IMG/VR virus record: IMGVR_UViG_3300027782_000072
Coordinates: 1 to 64,000 of that record
Source of the DNA: a virus
Length of the DNA stretch: 64,000 nucleotides
Strand: one strand, 5' to 3'
Part shown: positions 1 through 9,376 of the stretch, in pieces
Layout of the letters: each line of letters opens with the position of its first letter
Position numbering within the stretch: position 1 is the first letter of the stretch
Program-made: the position numbers and the translations under genes
The notes under the pieces: generated by a model
What the model was told of the DNA's origin: nothing
The model's input: only the letters and a program-made list of their open reading frames with translations
Databases searched by the model: none

Positions 1-612
1 GTGCTGGAATTTCCTTACACTCTTGATACCATCACTACTGGTCAGTTTGATCAATTTTATCATGAGCATTATTATTACTGGCTCATGGCGCCCTTGGAAG
101 AATTGTTTAATCAGTATGGCCTAAGAATTATTGCATATTTGCCGCAAACCATTCATGGTGGCACGATGCGGCTATGGATGACAAACAAAGAAATGGGCCC
201 ACCAGCATTAAACCTATCTGCTATTAAAGAAAAAGAACAGAAGGCCGTTGAGCGGTGTAATTTTGATCAAACAATTGCGGAACTACGCAACTATTTTGAC
301 AATGTTCTCTCCACTGGTGAGCTTGGAAAAATTTGTTTTTTTGGTGCCGCCGCAAAGGGCTGTGTCTTTCTAAACGCCCTTGGCCTAAATGTTAATACAA
401 TGGGCAGGACAGTAATAGTGGACGACACTGTTGAGAAGCAAGGGCTCTATGTTCCCGGCACTGGTTTCCAGGTGGTGGATCGAAGCGCTTTAAAAGATTA
501 CGATACAGTCATCATCCTTGCTCATAACTTTGCAGATCATATTGAGGCTTCCCTGCGGAAGGAGTTTGATGGTCACATCATGACACTACTCCCCATCACC
601 AATGGCAAATAA
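1..612 (+). CDS. NDP-sugar C-methyltransferase, C-terminal part (5' end outside window)
   Basis: Motifs FDQFYHEH, IHGGTMR, FGAAAKG and DD..EKQGLYVPGT typical of the C-methyltransferase C-terminal domain. Confidence 0.8.
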   Translation: MLEFPYTLDTITTGQFDQFYHEHYYYWLMAPLEELFNQYGLRIIAYLPQTIHGGTMRLWMTNKEMGPPALNLSAIKEKEQKAVERCNFDQTIAELRNYFDNVLSTGELGKICFFGAAAKGCVFLNALGLNVNTMGRTVIVDDTVEKQGLYVPGTGFQVVDRSALKDYDTVIILAHNFADHIEASLRKEFDGHIMTLLPITNGK

Positions 613-1222
613 GGATTTGTTTATTATTTACCATTTGTTTCAAGCACCTGGCTGGGAACAGTTATTTAGCGAGCAGATGGGGCTTCTATTTGTGAGCGGC
701 TTAATAAACAATGCCAGCCTGATACTTTCAGTCAATGGCACTTCCCCATTGCCTCCCATTGACTATAAAAGTGTTTATAGAACAGACGGGTTTAGCGAGA
801 AACCGTCCCTGCTATTAGCAAGGCAATATGCTGAAGAGTTTCCCGATTCTCGCATTCTTTATTTTCATAGTAAAGGCATCTCGCATCCAACTAAAAATCA
901 AGATGATTGGCGTATGATGATGCAACATTTCATCATTATGAAATGGAGAGAAGCTGTTGCTTTGCTTGACGATCATGACGTGGTGGGGGTAAACTGGAGA
1001 ACATTTCCAGTGGCACATTCATCTGGTAATTATTGGTGGGCCAATCCCTCTTATTTGCTAAAACTTGATCCCAATTTCCTGAATGATCATGATCGCATGA
1101 GTCAGGAATTTTGGATTGGTTCTGTAGAGGGCAGAGTTGCCAACATGCACGAAACTGATTTGGACCATTACAATCAAGCCTGCCCATCCAGCAGCTACTG
1201 TTCTTCCTATTTCAAGCCATGA
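602..1222 (+). CDS. putative glycosyltransferase-like protein
   Basis: ILYFHSKG...WR..M and GNYWWA motifs seen in phage glycosyltransferase-like proteins; overlaps both neighbouring genes. Confidence 0.5.
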   Translation: MANKDLFIIYHLFQAPGWEQLFSEQMGLLFVSGLINNASLILSVNGTSPLPPIDYKSVYRTDGFSEKPSLLLARQYAEEFPDSRILYFHSKGISHPTKNQDDWRMMMQHFIIMKWREAVALLDDHDVVGVNWRTFPVAHSSGNYWWANPSYLLKLDPNFLNDHDRMSQEFWIGSVEGRVANMHETDLDHYNQACPSSSYCSSYFKP

Positions 1223-1800
1223 ATCTCCGCAAAATTATTGCTTATTATGACATCAATGGCCACGAGAAGGATGGTGGCACGGACAAAGACACCTTCCATT
1301 CATATATTGAAATGTATGAGCAATTTCTTGCTCCCTTGATTGAGAAGCCTGCGACTATTGCAGAAGTCGGCATTCAATATGGCGGTTCAATGCTGCTGTG
1401 GCAAGATTATCTGCCGAAGGCAAACTTTATCTACTTAGACAATGTTGACGCCGTTCATGCCAAGGTTTACGACAATCTTGACTTGAAGCGTTCCAAGATT
1501 CTATTTGAAGACGCCTATACGCAAGAGGCAGCGGCAAAAGTGAAGAAGCTAGCGCCGGGAGGCATTGATTTTATCATTGATGATGGTCCTCATACGCTGG
1601 AAAGTCAGTGTAAATTTCTTTCTCTGTATCTTCCGTTGCTTGTGGAAGGTGGCATGGCAGTCATTGAAGATGTGCAAAGCACTGACTGGTTTGCCACGCT
1701 AGAGCAGCATGTGCCAGAGAAATATGCCTTTGAAACCATTGACTTGCGTGGCATCAAAGGGCGTTATGATGATTTAGTATTTGCAGTGACAAAACAATAG
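1219..1800 (+). CDS. class I SAM-dependent methyltransferase
   Basis: EVGIQYGGS SAM-binding motif and DFIIDDGPH. Confidence 0.8.
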   Translation: MNLRKIIAYYDINGHEKDGGTDKDTFHSYIEMYEQFLAPLIEKPATIAEVGIQYGGSMLLWQDYLPKANFIYLDNVDAVHAKVYDNLDLKRSKILFEDAYTQEAAAKVKKLAPGGIDFIIDDGPHTLESQCKFLSLYLPLLVEGGMAVIEDVQSTDWFATLEQHVPEKYAFETIDLRGIKGRYDDLVFAVTKQ

Positions 1801-1816
1801 TCATTGCCCTGTAACT

Positions 1817-2728
1817 ATGGAATGCCCTAGCGCGACTATTGATGGCAAGGTAAACCTTGAAAACCATCTCTACACCATTGAAGTGGCACGGCTTGGCCCT
1901 CCCAATCCCAACGATCCCAGCAATGAATTCTGGGCGGATAAGGCAAAACGATGGGAAGTAGGAGATGCAGAGGCGCGGTCACGCTTGTGCAGTAATTGTG
2001 GGCATTACATTTTTACTGACAAAATTAAAGAGTGCATGGCGCAACATGACAATATTACGCCTGACATGGTTGGTCCTGGATGGGTGGACACAAATGATTC
2101 TGGAGGCTGGTGCAATCTTTACAACATCACCTGCACTGCCCATCGAACTTGCGTAGACTGGGAACCTGGCGGTCCCGTTACAACGGAAACGGAAATGGAA
2201 GATCGCGATGATGCAGCAATGCCTAAAACTAAAAAGGCCAAGCAGGCAAAAATTGCTAAGGTAATGCACGAATTTAAGGCTGGCACTCTTAAGGGCAGCG
2301 ATAAGAAGCCAATTACCAATAGGAAGCAGGCAATTGCCATTGCTCTCTCTCAAGCTGGCATGTCAATGCAAGGCAAGAGTGATGAATATTGGGACGGTTA
2401 TATCAATACAACTCTTGATGAATGGCAATCAAGTCAAGCAGACCAATCCGCAAAAATGGATGCCATGCAATGGAACGCTGAAAACCGAAAAAAATTAAAA
2501 GAAGGAAAAATTGAAGGCGCTTTTGCTGGTCCGGCAATGTCATTCCCCATCGCTTCAGCAGAAGACGTGGCAAATGCTTGGTCTTCTGTAGGCAGAGCTG
2601 CCAATCCCAAATCGATTGAAGCATCAATTATTCGCATTGCCAAGAAATTTGGATGGGAAAGTGGTCTTCCAGCAACAGTTCGTGAACGGCTTAAGAGTGG
2701 CGAGAGTGGCATGCCCCCAAAGGGCTAA
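1817..2728 (+). CDS. multidomain head-region protein with DUF6496-like segment; probably extended by -1 frameshift
   Basis: KIAKVMHEFKAGTLK...RKQAIAIALSQA motif, Cys-rich N-terminal domain, ends on slippery C CCA AAG. Confidence 0.6.
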   Translation: MECPSATIDGKVNLENHLYTIEVARLGPPNPNDPSNEFWADKAKRWEVGDAEARSRLCSNCGHYIFTDKIKECMAQHDNITPDMVGPGWVDTNDSGGWCNLYNITCTAHRTCVDWEPGGPVTTETEMEDRDDAAMPKTKKAKQAKIAKVMHEFKAGTLKGSDKKPITNRKQAIAIALSQAGMSMQGKSDEYWDGYINTTLDEWQSSQADQSAKMDAMQWNAENRKKLKEGKIEGAFAGPAMSFPIASAEDVANAWSSVGRAANPKSIEASIIRIAKKFGWESGLPATVRERLKSGESGMPPKG

Positions 2729-3075
2729 GGGGAGACGCCGAATCCTTTTCCCCTCCATCGTCCGTAAGGTCTGCAGCGCGTCGTGGCCTTGAATTGCGTA
2801 GGAAGTATCATAAGGGTGGTTTAACCACCCAAGAGGCCGGTAAACAGGGCATTGGCAGCGGCGTGGCGCGGGCGACGAGCTTAGCCAATGGCGAAAACGT
2901 AAGTTTTGAGACAATCAAGCGCATGGCAGCCTTCTTTTCTCGCCACGCAAAGAACTTTGCCGGGGGAGAGGACGACGCTGGCTTTATTTCAATGCAATTA
3001 TGGGGAGGCGATGCGGGTAGGACATGGGCAAATCGTGTGATTAAGATGGTTGAAAATCGCCAGTCAAAACAGTGA
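2716..3075 (+). CDS. -1 frameshift extension domain of the 1817 ORF (ORF track calls 2794..3075 from TTG)
   Basis: -1 frame is open from 2695 with no start codon before 2794; encodes SFSPPSSVRSAARRGLELR...RMAAFFSRH...LWGGDAGRTWA. Confidence 0.6.
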   Translation, partial: PKGLRGDAESFSPPSSVRSAARRGLELRRKYHKGGLTTQEAGKQGIGSGVARATSLANGENVSFETIKRMAAFFSRHAKNFAGGEDDAGFISMQLWGGDAGRTWANRVIKMVENRQSKQ

Positions 3076-3383
3076 GCGAATACGTGAGAGTGATCGAAGC
3101 TGAAGAGGATGGCATTGGCGTGATGAAAGCGCTTGCCATTCTTTCATCCAACGAGCATCGTGACACTAGCGAGTGGCACTTGGTGGAGAAGCAATGCTTC
3201 AAGAATGGACGACTGGACGAAACGCATATTTACTGCGAGAGTCACTATGACAAGCCTGTTCCTTATTTTGAAAAAACCAAGTTTCTCACTTTTGAAGTGG
3301 AGGCAATGGCAAAGGCATACATTATGGAAAGCATAGAAAATCAAATTCGCGACATTCAAGAAGAAGACGACGACGAAGATTGA
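3072..3383 (+). CDS. hypothetical protein
   Basis: 103 aa ORF coupled to the upstream stop (GTGA). Confidence 0.6.
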   Translation: MSEYVRVIEAEEDGIGVMKALAILSSNEHRDTSEWHLVEKQCFKNGRLDETHIYCESHYDKPVPYFEKTKFLTFEVEAMAKAYIMESIENQIRDIQEEDDDED

Positions 3384-3682
3384 TCAATGCAGACAAAGTA
3401 ATTTGGCATTCCCAGAAGCCATAAGATAGATACACCGTGAAGCCCGCTAAGCACGCGAATTTGTGCGCAGTCGGGCATTAGCGCTCCTCGCTCTATCCGG
3501 GAATAAGAGCTTTGGCTAATGGTTAAAACTTTTGCAACGTCGCGCTGGCTCAGTCCAGCTTGAAGTCTTGCAGATTTAATGCGAAAAGCAATTTCCTTTT
3601 TTGCCGTAACGTAAGAAGTCTGCGGCACATCAAACATTGTCAATATCTTGGACATAGGGAGAGCAAGTCTGATTTGACTCAT
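3356..3682 (-). CDS. XRE-family helix-turn-helix regulator
   Basis: RIKSARLQAGLSQRDVAKVLTISQSSYSRIERG HTH_3 pattern. Confidence 0.85.
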   Translation of the reverse strand: MSQIRLALPMSKILTMFDVPQTSYVTAKKEIAFRIKSARLQAGLSQRDVAKVLTISQSSYSRIERGALMPDCAQIRVLSGLHGVSILWLLGMPNYFVCIDQSSSSSSS

Positions 3683-3721
3683 TTGTCAAACTTATATTAA
3701 CAGACCTGCTATTCTTAATGC

Positions 3722-4915
3722 ATGAGCACCACATGCTTTCGCTACGATGTAGCGCCAATTGAAAAATACGAAACCACACCTGAAGGTTACTTGAGGTGCT
3801 GGTCTACTATTGCTCGGACTGGTGTACAAAATTACACTAATTCGGACGGTTCAATTCGGCGTGAATATCGTCCCGTGAGCGAAGTGGCGTCTCCAGAAAG
3901 CTTGGCCTCGTTTGCGGGCAAAGCAATCACTCTTGAGCATCCTCCCGTATTGCTTGATAGCGCCAACACTAAAGACTATCAAATTGGCTTTAGTGGCACC
4001 GAGATAGTTTATGACGACGGCTTTGTTCGTGCAGTTATGACTATCACTGATGCAAAGGCAATTGAGCAAATCATGCGTGGTGATGCAAAAGAAGTCAGTG
4101 CTGGCTATAGGGTTTCCTATGATCCCACGCCTGGCATTACTGAAGGCGGTGAAAATTACGATGGTGTCCAAACAGGCATCAGTGGTAATCACATCGCTGT
4201 AGTGCGTAGGGGCCGTGCTGGCCCGCAAGTGAAGCTTCATCTAGATCATCTAGATGCCGCTGATCCATCTCTAATGAATACTGAGGAACCATCTATGACT
4301 GCTAAGGTCGTGTTTGATGGCGCCGAGTTCGAGGTGACCGAGAGCGTAGCTCTGGCAATCACTAAAGAACGTGAAGACGCCAAAATGTCCTTTCAGGACA
4401 TGAAGAAAAAATACGATGGCATGATGTCCGAAGCTTCCCAAATGAAGGAAGAAATGGACGCCATGAAGAAAGCAATGAGTGGTAAGTGCGATTCCGCTGA
4501 GGGTCGTGCTGATGCACTTGCTGAGGAAGTTGAAGCCCTTAAAACGGACCTTTCCGCTGCTCAGGAAGTGAACGTTGATAGTCTCGTCGAAGAGCGCATT
4601 GCGCTAATCGACAAAGCTCGCACATCACTTGATTCCGCCTTTGATTTTGCTGGCAAGTCTGCCCGTGAAATTATGGAAGCTTCCATCAAAACCGTCCGTG
4701 GTGATGAATGTGATCTGTCGGATCGTTCCGATGATTATGTGACTGCCATGTTCGACACCCTGGCCGAAGCTGGCACTCGTGCTGATTCTGCCAACACCGA
4801 TGAGCTGCGTAAAGCTGTTGCTTCCATCGCCTCTCCTCTTTCTGCTCCTGATGCCTACATGGATAAGTTGCAGAACGCTTGGAAATCCCCTCTCTCCGTC
4901 TCTAAGGAGCGCTGA
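3722..4915 (+). CDS. DUF2213-family prohead protease/scaffold protein
   Basis: TPEGYL...IARTGVQ, ITLEHP, EVSAGY, NHIAVV.RGRAG motifs plus coiled-coil C-terminus; upstream of capsid genes. Confidence 0.85.
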   Translation: MSTTCFRYDVAPIEKYETTPEGYLRCWSTIARTGVQNYTNSDGSIRREYRPVSEVASPESLASFAGKAITLEHPPVLLDSANTKDYQIGFSGTEIVYDDGFVRAVMTITDAKAIEQIMRGDAKEVSAGYRVSYDPTPGITEGGENYDGVQTGISGNHIAVVRRGRAGPQVKLHLDHLDAADPSLMNTEEPSMTAKVVFDGAEFEVTESVALAITKEREDAKMSFQDMKKKYDGMMSEASQMKEEMDAMKKAMSGKCDSAEGRADALAEEVEALKTDLSAAQEVNVDSLVEERIALIDKARTSLDSAFDFAGKSAREIMEASIKTVRGDECDLSDRSDDYVTAMFDTLAEAGTRADSANTDELRKAVASIASPLSAPDAYMDKLQNAWKSPLSVSKER

Positions 4916-4918
4916 TCC

Positions 4919-5473
4919 ATGGCCGTAACTTTCTCTGCCTCGGGGACTGCTTCCGCTGGTGGCGTGCAACAGAGCTACGCTCTGACTCACACCGCTCTGC
5001 TGGAAGGCCAACTCTCCGACGCCCGCAATAATACTATTGGCACCTACGTCAACGAAACTGGCGCCGTCCTGCCTTTTGGTAATGGCGCTGCCTATAACAG
5101 TGGCGGTACTGTTGCCAACTCTGTAAAAACTCTTGCAGCTAGCGGCGACACCTTCATTGGCGTGAACATCCTCACCTATGTGGACGAAACCGCCCGCGAT
5201 GCAAACAGCCGTCCTGGCGTCAAGGCTGCTCAAGTGGCCAACGTCATCAACCAAGGTGCTGTTGCCGTGTATGTTCACGGTTCTGTCACCCCCGCAACTG
5301 TTGTTCGTGTGATTCACACTGCAACTGGCGTTAAGTATGCCGGTCAGTTCACTGCTACTTCCATTAGTGGCAAGTCTGCTGTACTGACTAACGCCCGTTA
5401 CCTCAACTCTGTCGCCTCTGGGCTGGCAATTCTTGAGCTGAACGGTCCGTCCTTCAACCTCACTGGCGATTGA
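4919..5473 (+). CDS. capsid decoration/cement protein
   Basis: 184 aa beta-rich protein between protease and major capsid genes; highly biased codon usage. Confidence 0.7.
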   Translation: MAVTFSASGTASAGGVQQSYALTHTALLEGQLSDARNNTIGTYVNETGAVLPFGNGAAYNSGGTVANSVKTLAASGDTFIGVNILTYVDETARDANSRPGVKAAQVANVINQGAVAVYVHGSVTPATVVRVIHTATGVKYAGQFTATSISGKSAVLTNARYLNSVASGLAILELNGPSFNLTGD

Positions 5474-5487
5474 TAGGAGACTTACCA

Positions 5488-6402
5488 ATGAACGATTTTC
5501 GCATGGATGATGCGGGTCTGTTTCTCCAGCGTCAGCTTGAGTACATCCGCCCCCAAGTATTTGAAACTGTCTATGCAGACATCAAATACCCCACTCTATT
5601 GCCTGTAACCAGCGAAGCTGGTCCTGGCGCACAAACCTTCACCTATCGGATCATGGATTCGACTGGTGAATTCCGCCTTCTGGCTGATAGTGCCGACGAT
5701 CTGCCCCGTGCTGACGTTAGCCAAGTCGAGAAGAGCATCAACATCCGCTCCTTCGGTGGTTCTTTCGGTTATTCCGTGCAGGAACTGCGTGCCGCACAAA
5801 TGGCTAATGTTGCTCTTGAGCAGCGTCGTGCCATGGCCGTACGTCGTGCTTACGAAGAGAAAGTGGAAAGCGTTGCCATGTTTGGCGAAGCTTCTGTTTC
5901 CCTCACGGGTTTCTTCAACAATGCCACTGTTGACATTGTTGCTGCTGACAAGTGGTTTACCACTGCTTCTGTCACTGCCCAAGAAATGCTTGACCTGTTG
6001 AACTATGGCGTTAGCGCCGTGATCAACAACTCGCAAATGAAGGAGCAGCCTGACACGATCCTCATGCCTTATGAGGATTACAGCAAGATCTCCACACAGC
6101 GCAACTCTGATTCTTCGGACGTGACGGTGCTTGAGTATTTCCTCCGCACCAACCCTTATATCAACAACATTGAGCCCATCAACCAACTTACCAAAGGTAA
6201 GAACGGCGGCAAGCTCAACACCAACCGTATGGTGATCTATAAGCGCGATCCTGAGAAAGTGCAACTGCACATCCCTCAACCCCTTGAGCTGTTCCCCGCT
6301 CAGCAACGTGGTCTTGAGTTCATCGTCCCTGCTCACGCTCGCGTGGGTGGTGTGGCTCTGTACTATCCCAAGAGCATGATCTACGTTCAAGCTTCTTCTT
6401 GA
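5488..6402 (+). CDS. major capsid protein (DUF2184/HK97-fold family)
   Basis: FLQRQLEYI, ADDLP, GYSVQEL.AA, GGVALYYP motifs; AGGAGA RBS before ATG 5488. Confidence 0.9.
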   Translation: MNDFRMDDAGLFLQRQLEYIRPQVFETVYADIKYPTLLPVTSEAGPGAQTFTYRIMDSTGEFRLLADSADDLPRADVSQVEKSINIRSFGGSFGYSVQELRAAQMANVALEQRRAMAVRRAYEEKVESVAMFGEASVSLTGFFNNATVDIVAADKWFTTASVTAQEMLDLLNYGVSAVINNSQMKEQPDTILMPYEDYSKISTQRNSDSSDVTVLEYFLRTNPYINNIEPINQLTKGKNGGKLNTNRMVIYKRDPEKVQLHIPQPLELFPAQQRGLEFIVPAHARVGGVALYYPKSMIYVQASS

Positions 6403-6455
6403 GCCTAGACAAGTGAAGGGCGCTAAGCTAACCATCAGTTCTTAAGAACATTCAA

Positions 6456-6842
6456 ATGTTGATTGCTTATCGCCCCGAACTTGAAAATCCACCTCGTGAA
6501 GGCGGATTTGGCATTATCACCGAATCAGGCATGATTCAACTTGCTCCTGGCCTTAACCAGGAAATTCCAGAGCAACAATGGGCAAAAGCGCGTGAAAACG
6601 CTTCCATCAAACGTCTCATGACAATTGGTGCCATTGAAGAAGTGAAGGAGCAACTGACTGTAGAAGAAATTCCGCATGATGTGCAAACTCTTTCCAACAT
6701 GCCTCTCATTGAAGCCATTCGTACCATTGAAATCATCCATGACCTCGACCAACTGGCCGAGTGGAAGAAGATTGAAGGGCGCGTCAGGGTTCGTAATGCC
6801 ATCGCCAAACGTCAGGAAGCTATCAAAATTGGCAGGGCATAA
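6456..6842 (+). CDS. hypothetical head-associated protein
   Basis: 128 aa ORF directly after the major capsid gene. Confidence 0.6.
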   Translation: MLIAYRPELENPPREGGFGIITESGMIQLAPGLNQEIPEQQWAKARENASIKRLMTIGAIEEVKEQLTVEEIPHDVQTLSNMPLIEAIRTIEIIHDLDQLAEWKKIEGRVRVRNAIAKRQEAIKIGRA

Positions 6843-6844
6843 CA

Positions 6845-7159
6845 ATGGCTGTCACCTATTCCAACTTCCTTGATCGTTTTCCTGAATTTACGCCCCATCC
6901 ATCGGGAATCGTAAATGGAGCCATTACTGAGGCCACTGCTGATGCATCTGCCGATGTGTTTGGAGATCAAACAGATCGCGCAGTGAAGCATTTAGCAGCT
7001 CACATTATTGCCATTCAACTTGCACAAATGGGCGTTCAAATTGGCGCCACCGATGGCAAGGTATATGGCAAAGGGCTGGAGGCCACTCAATATGGCCAAG
7101 AGTTCAAACGAATGCTTGAAACCGTCGCTGGTTCTTTCACCATTGGTTTTGTCGCATGA
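6845..7159 (+). CDS. head-tail adaptor (DUF4054-like)
   Basis: F..RFPEF, LAAH and T.YGQEF motifs. Confidence 0.8.
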   Translation: MAVTYSNFLDRFPEFTPHPSGIVNGAITEATADASADVFGDQTDRAVKHLAAHIIAIQLAQMGVQIGATDGKVYGKGLEATQYGQEFKRMLETVAGSFTIGFVA

Positions 7160-7545
7160 TCAACGGACTGTCACCATTAGCAAACGCTACGCTCACGTGG
7201 AGCGTTGCTTCTGGTTACACAGTTGATTCTGACACTGGCAATTACATTCCCATGTCAAGTGGCGTTGTGTATTATGCTAGCCTCAAGCAGAAAGCCAATC
7301 CACGGTACGATTATTTGCTAGGTGCTGATAATACGGCTGTGTACATGGAAGGACGCTTGACAGGGCCTCTAGCCCTCTCTGGTATCACTCCTGGCAGCAA
7401 TGCTTCTGCAACTATCAATGGAAGGGAGGGACGGTTCGAGCTTCTGCCTAATGAGCAAATTGCTGAACATTATTGGCAATTTCTTGGCACGCCAATCAGA
7501 GGAATTTTTAGACTGGTTGGCAAAGGAAGCGTCTTGAACGCTTAA
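7156..7545 (+). CDS. putative head closure protein
   Basis: Position after the adaptor, size, ATGA coupling. Confidence 0.5.
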   Translation: MINGLSPLANATLTWSVASGYTVDSDTGNYIPMSSGVVYYASLKQKANPRYDYLLGADNTAVYMEGRLTGPLALSGITPGSNASATINGREGRFELLPNEQIAEHYWQFLGTPIRGIFRLVGKGSVLNA

Positions 7546-7572
7546 TCGTTCCTTCTTTCCCATTGAGGATAA

Positions 7573-8151
7573 ATGACTCTCTACCATCCGACTGAATTGG
7601 TTAAGAGCCAAGACGTTATCGTTCGTGTTGGCTCTATCTCCGGTACTGCTCGCCCTGTCATCACTCAGAGCGGCGCTACCTTCACCGTGAGTGGTGCTCC
7701 CACCCTCTACACCCTGCAAGCCGCTACAACGGCTTCTATCGCCTTTAACGACAACAATACTGAGTTCTACCTGCTTGGCGGCGGTGGTTTCTCTGATAGC
7801 GTTATCACCAGCTCTGCTGCAACTGCTGCCATCACCTCCTACTTCCAGAAGGATGTTGACGGCACCGTCTTTCTGCCTGACAGTTTTGACGAAGCCTTCC
7901 AGGTTATCGCCACTGCTCGTTATGACAAGAACGCTGAAGTGTACGTTGAAATCAACAAGCAACTTGGCGTTAGCGGCACCACTTACTACTACGACCGCGT
8001 GGCTTTTGTTAGCCGAGTGATGAACTATAACGAGAGCTATCCTGCTGATAACCTCGTGGAATGCACCTTCGACTTGATGAGCCGTGGTCGCATCGGCATT
8101 CACCAGAATGCTCAGAACACTGGTTCTATCATTCCGACTGCTCCTAACTGA
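7573..8151 (+). CDS. major tail tube protein
   Basis: Beta-rich 192 aa, strong codon bias, GAGG RBS, followed by a terminator, upstream of chaperone and tape measure genes. Confidence 0.75.
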   Translation: MTLYHPTELVKSQDVIVRVGSISGTARPVITQSGATFTVSGAPTLYTLQAATTASIAFNDNNTEFYLLGGGGFSDSVITSSAATAAITSYFQKDVDGTVFLPDSFDEAFQVIATARYDKNAEVYVEINKQLGVSGTTYYYDRVAFVSRVMNYNESYPADNLVECTFDLMSRGRIGIHQNAQNTGSIIPTAPN

Positions 8152-8174
8152 GCATTTCTTCCATAGTTTTGCTA

Positions 8175-8201
8175 GCCTTCCCTTACGGGGAGGCCTTTTT
8201 A
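8175..8201 (+). terminator. intrinsic terminator
   Basis: GCCTTCCC-TTAC-GGGGAGGC hairpin followed by a T-tract. Confidence 0.8.
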
Positions 8202-8203
8202 TT

Positions 8204-8614
8204 GTGAATATCACTCAATTACGCGACACTATTAACAGTCTTCTGGGAGCATCTCCTAATCTCCTTGGAACATACACGTTGCCAAATAATACCACAACGC
8301 CAGCCATTTATACAGTAGGACGCCAAAGCGTGCCCACGTCCTGGAAGGTGACGGGTCTTGAGGCAACAATTAACGAGTTTCCAGACGTGTCGCCAAAACC
8401 AATGGTGGGTACTCTTCGCAATCGTCAAACATGGACGGTTATGCTCGTTGATTATGATCCTGCTTCTAATAAATTGCAAACTGCAGCACAGCGAATAGCA
8501 CGAGTATTTCCAGATGCCGTGTTTTCATTTTCTCCTGAATCCGACATTGCCTACGGTCAATATCGTATTAGGATTCCAGACGTGCAATTGCTTACTCTCT
8601 ATCCACCATCATGA
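8204..8614 (+). CDS. putative tail terminator/completion protein
   Basis: GTG start after the terminator; size and position. Confidence 0.5.
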   Translation: MNITQLRDTINSLLGASPNLLGTYTLPNNTTTPAIYTVGRQSVPTSWKVTGLEATINEFPDVSPKPMVGTLRNRQTWTVMLVDYDPASNKLQTAAQRIARVFPDAVFSFSPESDIAYGQYRIRIPDVQLLTLYPPS

Positions 8615-8847
8615 AATTGCTGAAAAGCACATGTGAGAAGGCGTGGTTCTTTGATGCTCGCAAAAGCAATGACACATTAGCAGTTGGATTTTGCTGCTTT
8701 CTTCCTGAATGCCCACCAGAAGTAGAAATAACTTTTAGAGGAAAACAAATGATGGTAATGGTTCCAAGAGGAGCCGTCTATTCCGCTGTGCCAACTCGGA
8801 CAATGAACGTTAAACTATCTTTGTTTTCAATAAGGACCGATGAGTAA
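8611..8847 (+). CDS. hypothetical protein
   Basis: 78 aa, overlaps both neighbours. Confidence 0.5.
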   Translation: MKLLKSTCEKAWFFDARKSNDTLAVGFCCFLPECPPEVEITFRGKQMMVMVPRGAVYSAVPTRTMNVKLSLFSIRTDE

Positions 8848-9376
8848 ATACTCAGAAATTTTTCTAGTGGGGAATGCCGAGTACGAAGAGCTTGGCTCGC
8901 GCTTGCGTATCAGGCGATATGGTAGTTGGCTGGCGGAAGAGTCATGGGTGAAAGAAGACCAGGCACGTAATCGTGCTCAATTCACTCTTAAGGCCATTCA
9001 GCTAGCTCGTCGCATCGCAAAAGAAAAAGACATTTCAGAAGAAGAGGCATTTCAACTTCTTCAAGGTGGAGAAAATAAGAATGCTGCACTCCTAAATGAT
9101 TTTGCAGAGGAAACTGCAGATCTTATGGCATGCATGCCTTCCTACCGCGAACAATTTGAACAACTTGCAACAGTGTTCCTGCGTAATCGTGGTGAAGTAT
9201 TGAGTGGTAAGAAATGGATTGCAACTGAAGATTGGGAGACGGCAGACACTGCAAAGTTGACCAAAGACATGATGCAAAATCTTGAATTCTTTATGGCCAA
9301 GGAAGACAACAGTCAAGTTGAAGGTGAAGATGCCGAGGATCAAGGAGAGGAGGAAGAAGCCAGCCCAAAAGCTTAG
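8840..9376 (+). CDS. tail assembly chaperone (gpG-like)
   Basis: Between tail tube and tape measure genes; ends at slippery C CCA AAA (9364-9370). Confidence 0.75.
   Translation: MSKYSEIFLVGNAEYEELGSRLRIRRYGSWLAEESWVKEDQARNRAQFTLKAIQLARRIAKEKDISEEEAFQLLQGGENKNAALLNDFAEETADLMACMPSYREQFEQLATVFLRNRGEVLSGKKWIATEDWETADTAKLTKDMMQNLEFFMAKEDNSQVEGEDAEDQGEEEEASPKA

Noticed and set aside
4625-8214. Long minus-strand ORFs (287, 279, 281 aa)
   Set aside because: Antisense shadows of strongly codon-biased structural genes.
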